The notes below the pieces were generated by a model that was not told where the DNA came from, did not search any database, and saw only the letters and a program-made list of their open reading frames with translations. A stretch of 64,000 bases of DNA, taken from positions 19,840,001-19,904,000 of the forward strand of contig OZ316775.1 of the NCBI GenBank assembly GCA_973851085.1, in the 5' to 3' direction. Shown here piece by piece: positions 27,401 through 40,600 of this stretch. The translations under genes and the position numbers were made by a program. The DNA is from Ptychomitrium polyphyllum (lineage: Eukaryota). Every line of letters starts with the position of its first letter. Within the stretch, counting starts at the first letter, position 1.

Positions 27401-30400
27401 ACTTTTATAATTTTTATTTCACCCATGTGAACATTGCCAAAAGATATGAGCTTTTGTGATGAATCTACCAATTCAACAATCATTGGTGTTCCTTCACCAT
27501 GGACCCATACACTCATTGTGTCTAATCCATTAATCAAAAAGCTAATCTTTTCATTGTATTTAATAAATTCATGAGGCATAAATTTAATAATCATAGAATC
27601 TTGCTCACCTCCATCCATCATCCAAGTTATAGGTGGTACTTCTAATTGTGGTGTAGTATTATATAAACATTCAACATTGTTTCTTTCTATTCCTGTATTT
27701 GTTGCTAGTAACATGCATGAAGGTGATTCCCTTGTAGGTACAAAAAGAAAGGTGGGACCAAAATCAAAGTGATACCAACTAAAATTAATTGTTGCTCGGT
27801 AGCATAGACCATTGAATAATAATTTGTAATGATTACTTTTAAAAACCTACATAATAATTCAAGTTTAACTTAAATGTGCATAATGTGCATGATGTCATCA
27901 AAATTTGTTTGAATAATAAATAACTGAAGGTAATAATTAATTTAAAAGATACTATTCTTTATAGGATTTATTGAAATTTATTTAATATTTGAAATGATAA
28001 TATTTAAAAACTATATTAAAATAAAAGCAAGTGAAACGTTACTGAATAAATCAATGAAATTTTTACTAGTTTCTAATAACAATTTGGATATAACTCACTT
28101 TGCATGTTACAGGAAAATTAACAATAGGTCCAACTGTTGAGGGAGTATAAGCCATTTCACATACTAGCTTTTCTTCAGGACCAATGATTCCCGCCAAAGG
28201 AACAACTACAACTTCATTTGTTTTTCCAACAAGCCATAGGAATTCAAAAGAAAATGTTCCCATGTTTGTTAGTATGAATTTCTTAAACACCTTGTCATTA
28301 ATGAGTACTTCACCAAAATTTATCAAATTAGGTTCTGTAGCAGACAATTGTAATGGTACATAGTCTTCAATGATTTCTAAGAATATTTTGTCATGTACTG
28401 AATAACCTTCCCCTTTAACATTCAAATTTATTTGGAGAGAACGTTTGATATGACATGTTACATTAAAATTTTGTTTTCCTTCACATGTTGGAGCATATGT
28501 TACAACTATTTCTTTACTTTCATTAGGCTGGACAATCCCTTGAAAAGGATCAAAAATCAAGTCAGGTATAATAATTATTTCATCATGAATCCACCCCTGT
28601 AATTCTTTCATATAACCACCGCTATCACGTTTTTGTTGATAGTGTTGTTTGTCAAATTTGAATGGAAATGGTAAATCTTCATTGTTGTTTAGTTTAATAA
28701 TAAGTTGCTGTTGTTCACCAACTAATACTCGACCAAAATTTATAGTTTGGGTATCAAGGTTTAAATCAGGCTTTCCAACAGTACCAACTAAAAGAAATGG
28801 AACTGCAATACCAACTTCAGGAATTGTAAATGTCCAAAATGATTCTACTAAAGCATGTTTGTTTGGTATATATTCAAAGCCCATTTCATGCATCTTTCCT
28901 TCTTCAATCATTCCCGTTTTACACAAACACCTACGTGATGTACATTTTGATCTTTATGAACAACTTTTTATATATGATAATTTGATCATCCTTACTCTTG
29001 TAACTACAAATCCAATCCTTTTTCCCAAATCCATAACTTATGACCATTGTAATAATGGTATGTTTGAATAGCAGTGAACATATCAAAGTTTGGTTTTTAT
29101 CATATGAATTAATCAAATTTCTTAACCAGTTTTCTTTGGTAGAAAATTTATTTGTTGAACCTCAATTTATTTTTATAAATATGTATTTTAACAATGAAAG
29201 AACAGATCAATACCACATGGATTTTTAAATAAATAAATCATTCAAAATAATAATCACTTAAAAAACATCCACGTCTCTTTATTTTAATATTCAGTGTCAT
29301 TAGCTGTAGTATTTGGATTATTTTTATTCTAGAAAATTAGGAGAAAATAGCGAAATTCATTGTTAAAGGAAACAATCTTATAATAGAAATAATCTAATTA
29401 GAATAGACAACAACCGATATGGAAAGCATGCAATTTCAAAAAATCTAAATAAATTTTTTACATTTAATTTGATTTGATTTTCATGATTTTAAATATATTT
29501 TTATACAGAAGTGTTTAGAATGTACTACTAATAACATTTTAGTCTTTATTTGATTTTACATTTGTAAACAATCTAAGGATAAAAACCACAAATTAATGTT
29601 CTAATTTTCAAAAAGAAATTATGAATAAAATCGATTAAAATTTGAACTTTTCATGTGCCAAATCTTTTATTTGACATATAACTAATATACAATTGATACA
29701 TAACTAATCTTCTACTTGTTCCATTTGTTTTGAATAGTATGTTAAAAAAAACAAAAAAACATTGGTTTTTGTTTGCAAAAATTTAAACCAATGAATCAGA
29801 TAGATATTTAATGCAGTTTAAACACAAATTCAATATACAATCAGTTTTTTAATGTCTTGAAAAATAATGACTTATAGACAAAGTAGATTTCATTGGTCTA
29901 AAGCTATTTCATTTGTATAAAAAAAATTATTCAATTAATTTTGCATCATCAAAAATGAAAACATTACACTTTGTGGTTTAAAGCCTCGATGTATTATTAA
30001 TCAATTCGGAACTTATATTTTAGCAAAAAGATTAATAAGAAGAACATCAAATATATTGAAATCAATATCTTGACATGATTTTGAATAAATTTTCACCTAA
30101 ATGGATTGGATAAATAGCCTAAAACCGCCATCCGATCTGGTTCATCTTCGTGCCATTCTTGTGGAGGATCTGGAAATTGTTCCCATATAAAATTATAAGT
30201 TGTATTTGTTGGATTGATAGCAGTAAAACTCTTTATATTTTGAACATGAACACCTAAAGAGTTAAATTCAATAATGTTTGTATCAGGATCTAAAGGTCCT
30301 GCATATCCATTTGGTCCTGGCAGATCTGCATTACGTCGTAGTCCTGAAATATAATCACTTTTAGGAAGCTTAAAATGACACCAAGGTCGTTGCACATTTC

Positions 30401-31627
30401 CTGTTAGAGGTATGTGGATGTGTGGATATCCTGATTCAAGATAATCAATATTACAAATCAAAAACCTTGTACAATCTTCAACTTCAATTGGTCCAAATTT
30501 TACAACAATAGTTTCAATGCCTCCACCTGGTATTTCTGATGGGGAATCTACAAAATAAATTTCATATTCTCCCGGATGACCATCATCTTTCACAATCTGC
30601 CATTTCAATGGAAGATTTGTTGTACTCAAGTTTTTTATGGTGAACAAATGAGTGCGTGTTTGGAACATCATAGTTGTCTTGAAGTGAATTCCATTACAAT
30701 CACATTCATATTTTGAAGAATCAGCAACTGCATGTAGTTTAAGACTCAAAGGTTTATTGGAACCTTCTACAACTTTGTATATTGGTTCAGGGGGACCAGC
30801 ATTTGGATCAAGTGTGGGTGGAGGTTCTCCACCACCTTTTCCACCTTTTGCTTTAGCATTTGGTTTTTTACCACCTTTAGGATCTCCTCCATTTGCGCTG
30901 CTGCTAGGTGGAGGCATTAAAGCCATCATTTCCAAATCAGGAATTGGTGAATCCCAATCTGGAACATCTTGTCCTTCAAGGAAAGCAATATTGTATAATG
31001 AAATATTAAATTCTACATCAACTTGCATTGCAATCTTTGGAAAAAACGTCACCAATATTGTCTTAGATGCATTTGGATGAAGGTGACCAGTTGCAGGAGA
31101 AAAATTAAAGTTTTCAATAACTGGCCAAGCAAATCGCCAATACTTATCTTGTGAATTATTTTTCAACTTTAATGATATCATTCGTGGAAATCCAATTCCA
31201 CTATCATCAAACCATATTTTATCTTCGCAATTACGAGGCAACTCTAGGCATTCTACTTCTTCCCAATAGCCTTCGCCAGTCACCAAAACCTTTAGACCTG
31301 CATATGGATTATGTTGAATATCAAGTTTAATTTCTCTTTCGTATTTTCCTCCAGCTCCTGGTGTAAATGTAACAGTAAATGTTTCTTTTCCTTTTGGTTT
31401 TATGGACATAGTTTGTCCAGGTGATAAAGGTGTTTCAATTATTCCTCTTTGATGGCTTAAAATACTCCAAAACGCACCTCCACCTTTAACGTCAATAGTT
31501 GTTATAGCTGGAACGATACCTTTATTTTGCACCTAACATGTTTTTTAATGATATGAATTTACTTTAAATGATTTATAAATCATTATTTTATATCATCTAT
31601 ATGTATTTAATTTTATTCGAATTTCAT

Positions 31628-31698
<71 letters not shown>

Positions 31699-34600
31699 TT
31701 TTTGATATTGCTAATGATACTGGTTTGAAAGGAATTAAAACCTGAAATGATTTTGCTATTGTCTTCCCTACACGCATTCGAGGAAATTCTAACCATACTG
31801 CCCCTAAAGGAGACAAAGTGGTTGGTTCAATAATTTGTAAATGAGGTAAGGTTCCTTCTCCTCGGAGTTGACATTTGAATATTTTGGTTTTCAAATTATC
31901 ACCTCCATTTCTTACAATAGCTTCAAATATTGCAAAATAACATTGCATTGAAAGTGGTTGAAATGCGCAACAAACATATCTATGTGATAGATATAAACAT
32001 TATGTTAATTTAATATGTTTTATATGTATGATTGATTTATGCTCATTTACATAAAATAATACATATGCATACTGTTGTAATGACAATTTCATTTTAAGAT
32101 ATATCAAATGTTTGTTTTAAAGTTAAATCTAGAACACTTACCGAAATTCATGAGGGGGCACTTCAAGTTCTTTTGGTTGTACAAACATAGCAAAAGGTTC
32201 TTCATATGGTGCTTGTGTTTCAATTTCAGGCATAGTTGGAGTAATTTTGAAATCCACAAAACATGGTACTTTAAAAGGATTATCTATTCGAAAGTTTGCT
32301 TCAATTTTTCTACCTATTGGTGCATTAATAATCTTTGGTTTGGGAGCATCACCTGTAAATCTAACTGATGGTCTTGGAGCAATTTTTGGAGGTCCACCAT
32401 CAAATGGTCTGGCACAATCAATAATAAAAGCTCCAAAGGAGAATATATGATCTCCACGTGAATATACACCGTATGAAGGAGTAATTCCAACATTTTCAAT
32501 CTTGTCCACAATCCTATGTTCTTCAAAAATAACATCAGGTATGGTTGTCATGCCTGGAAGTTTTGATTCCCCAGATAATTCATATACAATGTCTGCTGGA
32601 TACTTGATAGGATCTTTATTACTAATATTAATCATAAGTTGTTCGGTTAATAGAGTTGGTTCTTCTGGTGCCTTGAAAATTATTTTCACTTCCATTTTCT
32701 CTCCAGGAAGGATGTTTCCACTAGCAGGACTTACATTAAAACCTTGCAAATCTAAGGCAGGCCCTCCACCACCACCTCCACCACCACCTCCACCTTTAGC
32801 ACCTGCCTTACTTTTATCACTTTTACTGCTTTTCCGAGTTGCAGTAGTCTTTGTTGTTGCCGCTGTTTTTGCAGTCTTTTTAGTTGCACCGCTAACCATT
32901 GATGCAGCATCTGATTTACCTTTTGATGCATTAGAATAACCAGTTGCTGTTGGACTTGAAAACACAAAATCAAATGGAAAAAACCCTGTGTTTGTGATTT
33001 TTAGAATGCGTTCATCTGATTGTTGACCAGCAATTACATAACCAAAATGAAGTCCATGAGGTGGTAATATTAAAAATCTTGAATGTATTGCAATAATGTC
33101 TAAAAAAATTGTAAGAATCTTTTCAACTTTATTAGTTTCGCATTCTGTCAAGTAAAGTTGTAAATCCCTTGATTGTTTTAGGGATATCTCACTTGTAAGT
33201 TTTTTATCTTTATTAAATTCAATGTTCACCTAAATATTTATCATATATTTAGCTTTGTGTTTATCTTTTAATTTTAAAACAAATTACTTGATATTATAAT
33301 TTGTAATATCATACAACATTTGTAAAGTATTATAATCTACAAAAACATAGAAAGTTTATGTTTGGAAGATGTTATGTATTTTAATTTTTTGCATCCTTAT
33401 TTATATATTTAATAGAGTGCATTTAATGCATCCTATATAAATCATCCACAAAAAAAAGATGATATTTATATCCAATTTATAAATACTGATGCAATTTACC
33501 TTCATTTGTCCATTTGGTATAATTTCTCCTTCTATAGGTGTACAAAGAAAAAGATCACTTATCAATAATGTCCGTGGAACAAATTTAAACCCCACTTTGT
33601 GTTTTCCCTTGTTTTCTAATATAATCTCTTTCATTTGGCTATCTGCAACTAAAACTGAGCCAAAATCAAGCCCATTGTTGGTATGCGTACCATTTAAAGA
33701 ATTGGGATATTTTACCAACACATCTAAAATATAAGCTTCTCCATTTAATGGCAAAAAAACTTCTTGTTCTATTTTATGATTTGGATCTTTACTATCAAAA
33801 ATCTGTTTTATATTTTAGCATTTATTAAACTTGTTTGAATATTTTTAATGATTATCATGAAAAATAATTCTTTACACAACAAGTTTATGTTCCGAATAAT
33901 TATAAGAATATATTTCACTTTCTTAACTATATATCAACACATACAACTTTTAGTTGAATATTAAAATTAAACAATCACCATCCATATGGACACTGAAATG
34001 GTTCAAAGCAAATCTTTAAAAACAAATGACATCATGAATAACATTTTATGATAGAGTAATAATTACATATCATGATCTTGATTATTTTGATGTGAACAAG
34101 AATTTGTACATGAAAGACAAGTTTTAAATCAAAGACTTGTTCTTGAATGGCTTTAAAAAATACATTGATTACATATTCAGCCTTTGCTTTGATTTTTCCA
34201 GTGGTTGGAATAACTAAAAACTCTTGTGGCAGTGTTTCCAAAGCATTGATGGTCCATCGAATTTTCAATTCTGACAAATTTCTGTATGAAAAATTGAAAT
34301 GTATTATTATTTCGTTATATGATATTTTATTACTGAGAAAGACTTGAAATATAAAAACTAATGTAATACATCATATACAGTAAAATTAATGGAATATTTT
34401 TAATAATATGTATTATATGTATGTATATATATAAGCTCTTAAAAATAAATTCTAATAACTACTTGATAGTAAGTGATTGTGAAGTTTTGCAGCCCAAAAG
34501 TACTCGTCCAAATGCAAGTATTGGAGGATCTAATTCAATCTTTGGTGTATCCGCAAAACATACCACCTTATACTCTATTATTGTAGGATTATGTAAGATT

Positions 34601-37600
34601 TTGCCAATCAATTTGAAATTTTGTTTTCCTTGTGTGCCCTATTCATAATTTTAATATTAATTTGGATACTTTAAAGTTAAGAACCTTAAAATATTATCCA
34701 TGGATGTATAAGTACTGTAGAAAATTTATCATATGATTGAACTATTCTTTGAATGGTCTTTTGTATAACAAATTTGAATGATTCATTTTTGCAAATGTTA
34801 AGTAGATGTAAAATTTAAATGTATTAAGTCCTTACAAAATATATGAAAATATATGAAGAAATAGTTTTATAAGTATAATTTAAAAAAGCTTATAATAAAT
34901 TTTTAAGAAAGCTGTATATAAATGATAGAAAATCAATATTTGATCTAAAATCATCAAAAAAAAATAATACAAAATATTACCATAGCTGGGTATGAATAAA
35001 TACGTAAGTCATCTCGTTCATCGAGTTTGATATCTAAAACTGTAGGATATAAGATAAATGGAAGGCCACCGCCCCCTGTGCTTGTTGGAGCACCTTTAGG
35101 CGGTGGAGGAGGCTTAGCTCCCTTCTTAGAAGTAGCAGTAGTAGCAACACTTTCTTCAGATGGAACTGGAGAACCTCCAACATCATCTTTAACAAGTTGA
35201 AATTCAACATGAAGATCAAATTGACCTATATTTTCAACATCAATTCTGTAACAATGTTCTGTATCAGCTATGTTAGGAAATTCTATTGGTAAAGGTGCTG
35301 TATTAACAGGACCAAAATCAATAGTTTGCTTTGGAATTTTAATCAAAACACGAGGATGTCTTGGAGTTACTCCATGACAAGGACATATTTGAAGCTTTTT
35401 ACTTGGAAATGTAACTTGCCGCAATTGGAGACGTGGAATATCACATATTCCTTGAACTTCTATAGTGGCATGTCCTTGTCCACCAAGAACCTCAAACTTG
35501 AAAACGTATTCAAATTCTTCAATAATTGTAGACCAAAATACTAAAGCCAATTCCACAGATTCATTTTCTGGAATCACCCATCTTGTTTTTTTAATATATC
35601 CTGGGGGAATATTTGCATGGCCTTGTGTTAAAGAAAGAGGTCCTTCTTTTTCTTTTGTAATGAATGAAAACGGAAATTTAGTATCTTCGTTTAATTTCCG
35701 AACTGGAGGTCTTTTTAATACTTGAAATGTTTCAGGTTTGGGACAATAGATATCATGGTCCCATGGCATTGGAAGTGATGCAATGATTTCTTCATGAACA
35801 ATTTTTTTATCTTGCATACTATCCACAGCTATTAGAGCCAACATAGTTTCAGATGTTTCTTCTCCAGTGTGAGAAAAGGGAACTCCCAATTCCTGTAATA
35901 TATCTTCTTCTGTATTATAGTATCTATCAACTTCTTTGGAGGATGGAAATGCCAAATACCATGGATATGGCATGTTGAATTTTGCTGGTGGAACAAATAG
36001 ATTCATGTCAACTTCAAATCCATCAATTACTTGGAAATTTGGTGTTTTAGTTTTGGAATCTCCTTGTTGATTGTTCCTATTCACGTTTACTTCCTCAGCT
36101 TTTCCTTCCTTACTATCATCTTCTTGAATTTGTACTTTTTTCATTTCTTCTTCTACAAATTTATCTTTTCTTTTGGACTTCTCTACTTTAGGTGGTGGCC
36201 ACTCATATTTTCTTACCCTAGCATGGTGTTGATCTTCTAAATCAAGATAACGATGATAAAGTTTACGTTTTCTTGCTTTCATCTTAACAACATGGACTAA
36301 TTTTTCACCCTTCCATACAATTTTTGTCTTGGCCTTTTCTGGATTATCTCCATCAAGAGGAGTAACATTTGTTGTTGCTTTAATTTGCTCCAATCCAATG
36401 GTATTTAGTATGCATTTAATGAGTACCAGAACTGGGATATGATTTGAATTAAGTCCATCAAAAATGACACCATTGTTGCATCCTGGTTGCTCCAAACAAG
36501 CTTTGAACAGGTTTTGAAGTAATGGTATATAATTCTGAGGTGCATCTGGATTTGAAGGTGGAAGAACTCCATCATGATTTTTAGGTGAATCTACATCTTG
36601 TGGCACTGATAACAACAATTTTCCTTCATCAATTGCTGTAACTATGAGATCTTGAACATCAACAATAGGACATTTGTATCTTTTTGCAAGCAACCTTCCT
36701 TGAGTGGTTTTACCTGAAAATGGTGCACCATAAATGATAACCAGGGGACCAATTTCAACAGGGTTTGAAGGTGATTCAATACTTTCATTTTCTATATCAC
36801 TTAAAAGATTGTCCCAAAATGGTTCTCCAGCTTCACGCACTCTAAGATGCATAATTCCATCTTCATCGTATTTTTGGCAATCTCGTAATATTTGATCTTC
36901 AATTAAATATTGAGGATCAAAGTCTAATGAATATATTTCAATCGGTTTTTCTGAACGATTTTGTACAATGAATGGTATTATTGCAGAATATTCAGCATTT
37001 GGCAAGATAGGATCAAGTTCCATATAAGATGGATTAATATGCACAGCTTGATAGCTACTTCGTCCCATACAATGAAGTACTTCCGTTTTCCCACCATTTT
37101 TTATTTGAAGAGGAATTTCAGTCATATATTGTGTTTTTAAAGGTCTATAAATTGGTGAAAATTCCACCTATTTTAACATTTTATGATCAAATACATCACA
37201 TATAACGAATATAAAATTACAAATTACTTATTTATTTTATAGTATCAAATTACATGATTTTTTTATTAGAGAATTTATAATCTTTTGATAAATTGAAATT
37301 AAAATTACATAATTGTATAACCTGAACATCCATGCTTTCATCAGGTTGCAAGATTGCAGCTGATGGTATGAGTTTAAAAAATGACCAATCTCGCAATAAG
37401 CCCACATTGACGTTGGTTGTGTTGGGAGCAGATTTTTCTACAGTCCACTCAGCCGATGCTTCTCCAATGTTTTTTAACCTTACATACCAAACCTAAAAAA
37501 TAACATCTCATTAAGTTTATAATAACATAATCCATATAAATTCTAAAACACATTTGAAACCATTCAAAACCTTATTGATTTTATTAATTATGGTATATTA

Positions 37601-40600
37601 TTGAATTCTATCCTTAAAAAACATGAACTTAAATAAGTATTATATTTCTTTAGTTGTAGTATAATAAAAGATAGTTAACAGTCATCAAATTGATTAAAAC
37701 TTTATAATCACCTTACATCTGGAAACTTGCACAGTACCAAAGTCTATGTATTCATGAGACACATGAAGTATGGGCAAGGTTACATTTGCTTTTAGTAATA
37801 ACATTGTCATAGGTCCCTACAAAAATACAAACAAAATGCGTATATAAACAAAATTCATGTCTTAATAGATAAATTTGGAAAACATTAATTTAATAATTTA
37901 AACCAAAACACTGTATGTACCTCTTTTACATTCATTTGCACCCAAACATGAATAGGTCCAAGAGGCAATTTGGGCATTGTATTCTGAAATGTGATTTGAA
38001 GTTGTAGAGCTTTGTCGTGATCAGGTTCGCCATGTATAACTAATACTTTATCAGGTTGAATGTTAAATCCTTTAGACATTGCTAAAGTTTTGTCAACCTT
38101 AAAAATGACAGGAAAATTTGCACCATTAAATAACATCAGTGATAAAGTTTTTTTTTCACCAACAAGTACATCTTGAAAATCCAATTCAAATTGATTACAT
38201 GTTAGTTTTTGAATATTGATATCAGGCGTTTCTTTTGGTTTAACATTTTTCCCAACTTCATTATCAAATTTTGGTGAACCGGAAGATTCATAGTTACAAT
38301 CATATTCATTTTCATGTTCATGCCTATGTGCTTGGCCATGTTCCTGTTCTTCACCATCTTCATCAACATGGTCAAAGTCCTCTATTTTACTAGATCTATC
38401 AGTTTCTTGATCATGTGGACCTAGATTTTCTTCATTTTCTAATGTATTGATTCCTTCAGCAATACTCATCAAAGAAGATTGTCTATGTATATTAAAAAAT
38501 GTTTTTTTTTGTAATGCTGATTCTCTTGCCAAAGTTTCTTTTCGAATAATTGATTTACGAAGTTTATACAACCTTTCTACTCTTTTTTTTTCATTCTTAT
38601 CAATAAAGCTTTGACGAAGCCACGGCAAACTTTTCCCTGTCGCTACTTCTAAAGCCATTGGAGAAAATTTGCCAGTCAAAGGTGATCGTGATTTTCGATG
38701 AAGCATATGCCTACACAAGAGATCTTTAACTTCTTCATCTTCTTCAGAAGATAAATCTTCATCATCTCTTAAAGTAAAAAATGGTTCATATGGTAAAGGC
38801 GAATGAAAACCTTCCAAAACTACAAGCTTATCAACTTCGGCATCAATGTCTTCAATCAATTGTTCTAAGTCTTCATCATCTTCATTAAAATCCTATTAAA
38901 AAAATAAAATTGAAACTATATCACATCAGTGGTTTCAAAAAAACATTAAATCCAAATCATATGAAAAGATGTAGTCTATCTGAATTCATATATCAACAAT
39001 ATAAATGGTGTTTCTTTCTTTAGTTTTATTACGTTATTGGTTTTCAAGGAAAATTTATTGAATGTTGTACATTAAAATCTTAATATTTTATGTATACATA
39101 TTATATGTTTTTTTTTAATATAAATTAAATGATTGTTGTAGCACCTCAAATTTCTCCAATTCTTCACTTTCCTTATCCGAGCTATGATCAGGTTCAACAT
39201 CAAAAGTTACAATAGAAGGTTTGTGTAATATTGTTGTTCGTCGACGTAGAGGAGCTGGACGTCCATATAACATTGCTATCCTTCTTTCTTCAGCTCTTGC
39301 CATGAAACTTTCTCTATGCCATGGAAGACCTTTAGTCTTTTCTTTGGCCATTCTAGAATTGGGACCTTGAAAATTGAAAAATTGCATTACAGTTTGTTTC
39401 AGTAAAATTCCAAATCAACAAATATTACACACATTCCAAATAAATCTGTAAAAACACCAATATTTGAATAGCAAATTATTTACAAACTCATATTTTGTCC
39501 ACTATCTTTTTGTAAAATTTGAGTCAAGAAAATAAAATTAAAAAATTTAATATATTATTAGTACCTGTAAGAGAAGAATATGATTTTTTGTGATATGCAT
39601 GTCCACAAGCATAATCTATTTTCTTTCGATTAGCTTGATACTGTCTTTCCTTTTCTTGTAATTTTTCATGTCGTCTATCCAAAAAACTACGACGATGCCA
39701 TTTAAGTCCTTTTCCTTTTTCAGCAGCCATAGGAGAAAGTTTTCCAGTAAGTGGAGACTTAGATTTGCGATGATAATGATGATGGCAACGAAAAATATCA
39801 AGATCACCTGTTTCAATAGCTTCTTTCGCTAAACGATCCAATTCATCTTGATCAACTACTTCAACAAGTTCTAACATCTTAGTTGTTTCCCTTCTTGATT
39901 CAAGCAATGCATTATTATTATCTTCTTCTGATTCCCCCGAGCTTTCCAATAATAATTCATCATCTGATTCAATATTGTTTAATTCCTTGTCTATTGGATT
40001 AGCTCCAATCTTCTTCTTTTTCAATCTTGCAAGCATGTTGTCTAACCATTTTTGAAGAACTATTTGTTGAGCTTGTTTTACATAACTAAGAAATTGACGA
40101 TTGCGTACACGTGACGCTTCTATCCAAATACTTGGATAAGAACCTTCTCCAACTATTGTAATTGTATGAGGTGGAAAATATGCAACTTGAATTAAAAAAA
40201 TTTCATTAAATTTCACCGGCATACCTAGTGTCAAATTCAAATAATATTCAAAATTATTAGTTTATTAGAATCCAAATAAAAATTTCAAAAGTGTTTATTC
40301 AATTGATTCTACATGATATTCATTAAAAGAATTAATAAAACATGATGTATCATTTAAATAAGGTGTTTTATAAATTTTTGTGGTTACAATTTTTCTTCAA
40401 AAGAAATTGACCAATTACAAAGTGGAGGTTTATAAAACTTTAATTACATTAAATAATGGTATTTTTAAGGAAAAAAAATTCTTTGGTGTCCATAATAAAA
40501 TGTTAACTTGATAATGTATTTTTGCTCAGTATTTTTTCTCATTATTACAATATTTGTTCACAACTTTATAATTGAATCTATATTTTAAGTGTCTTGTAAA

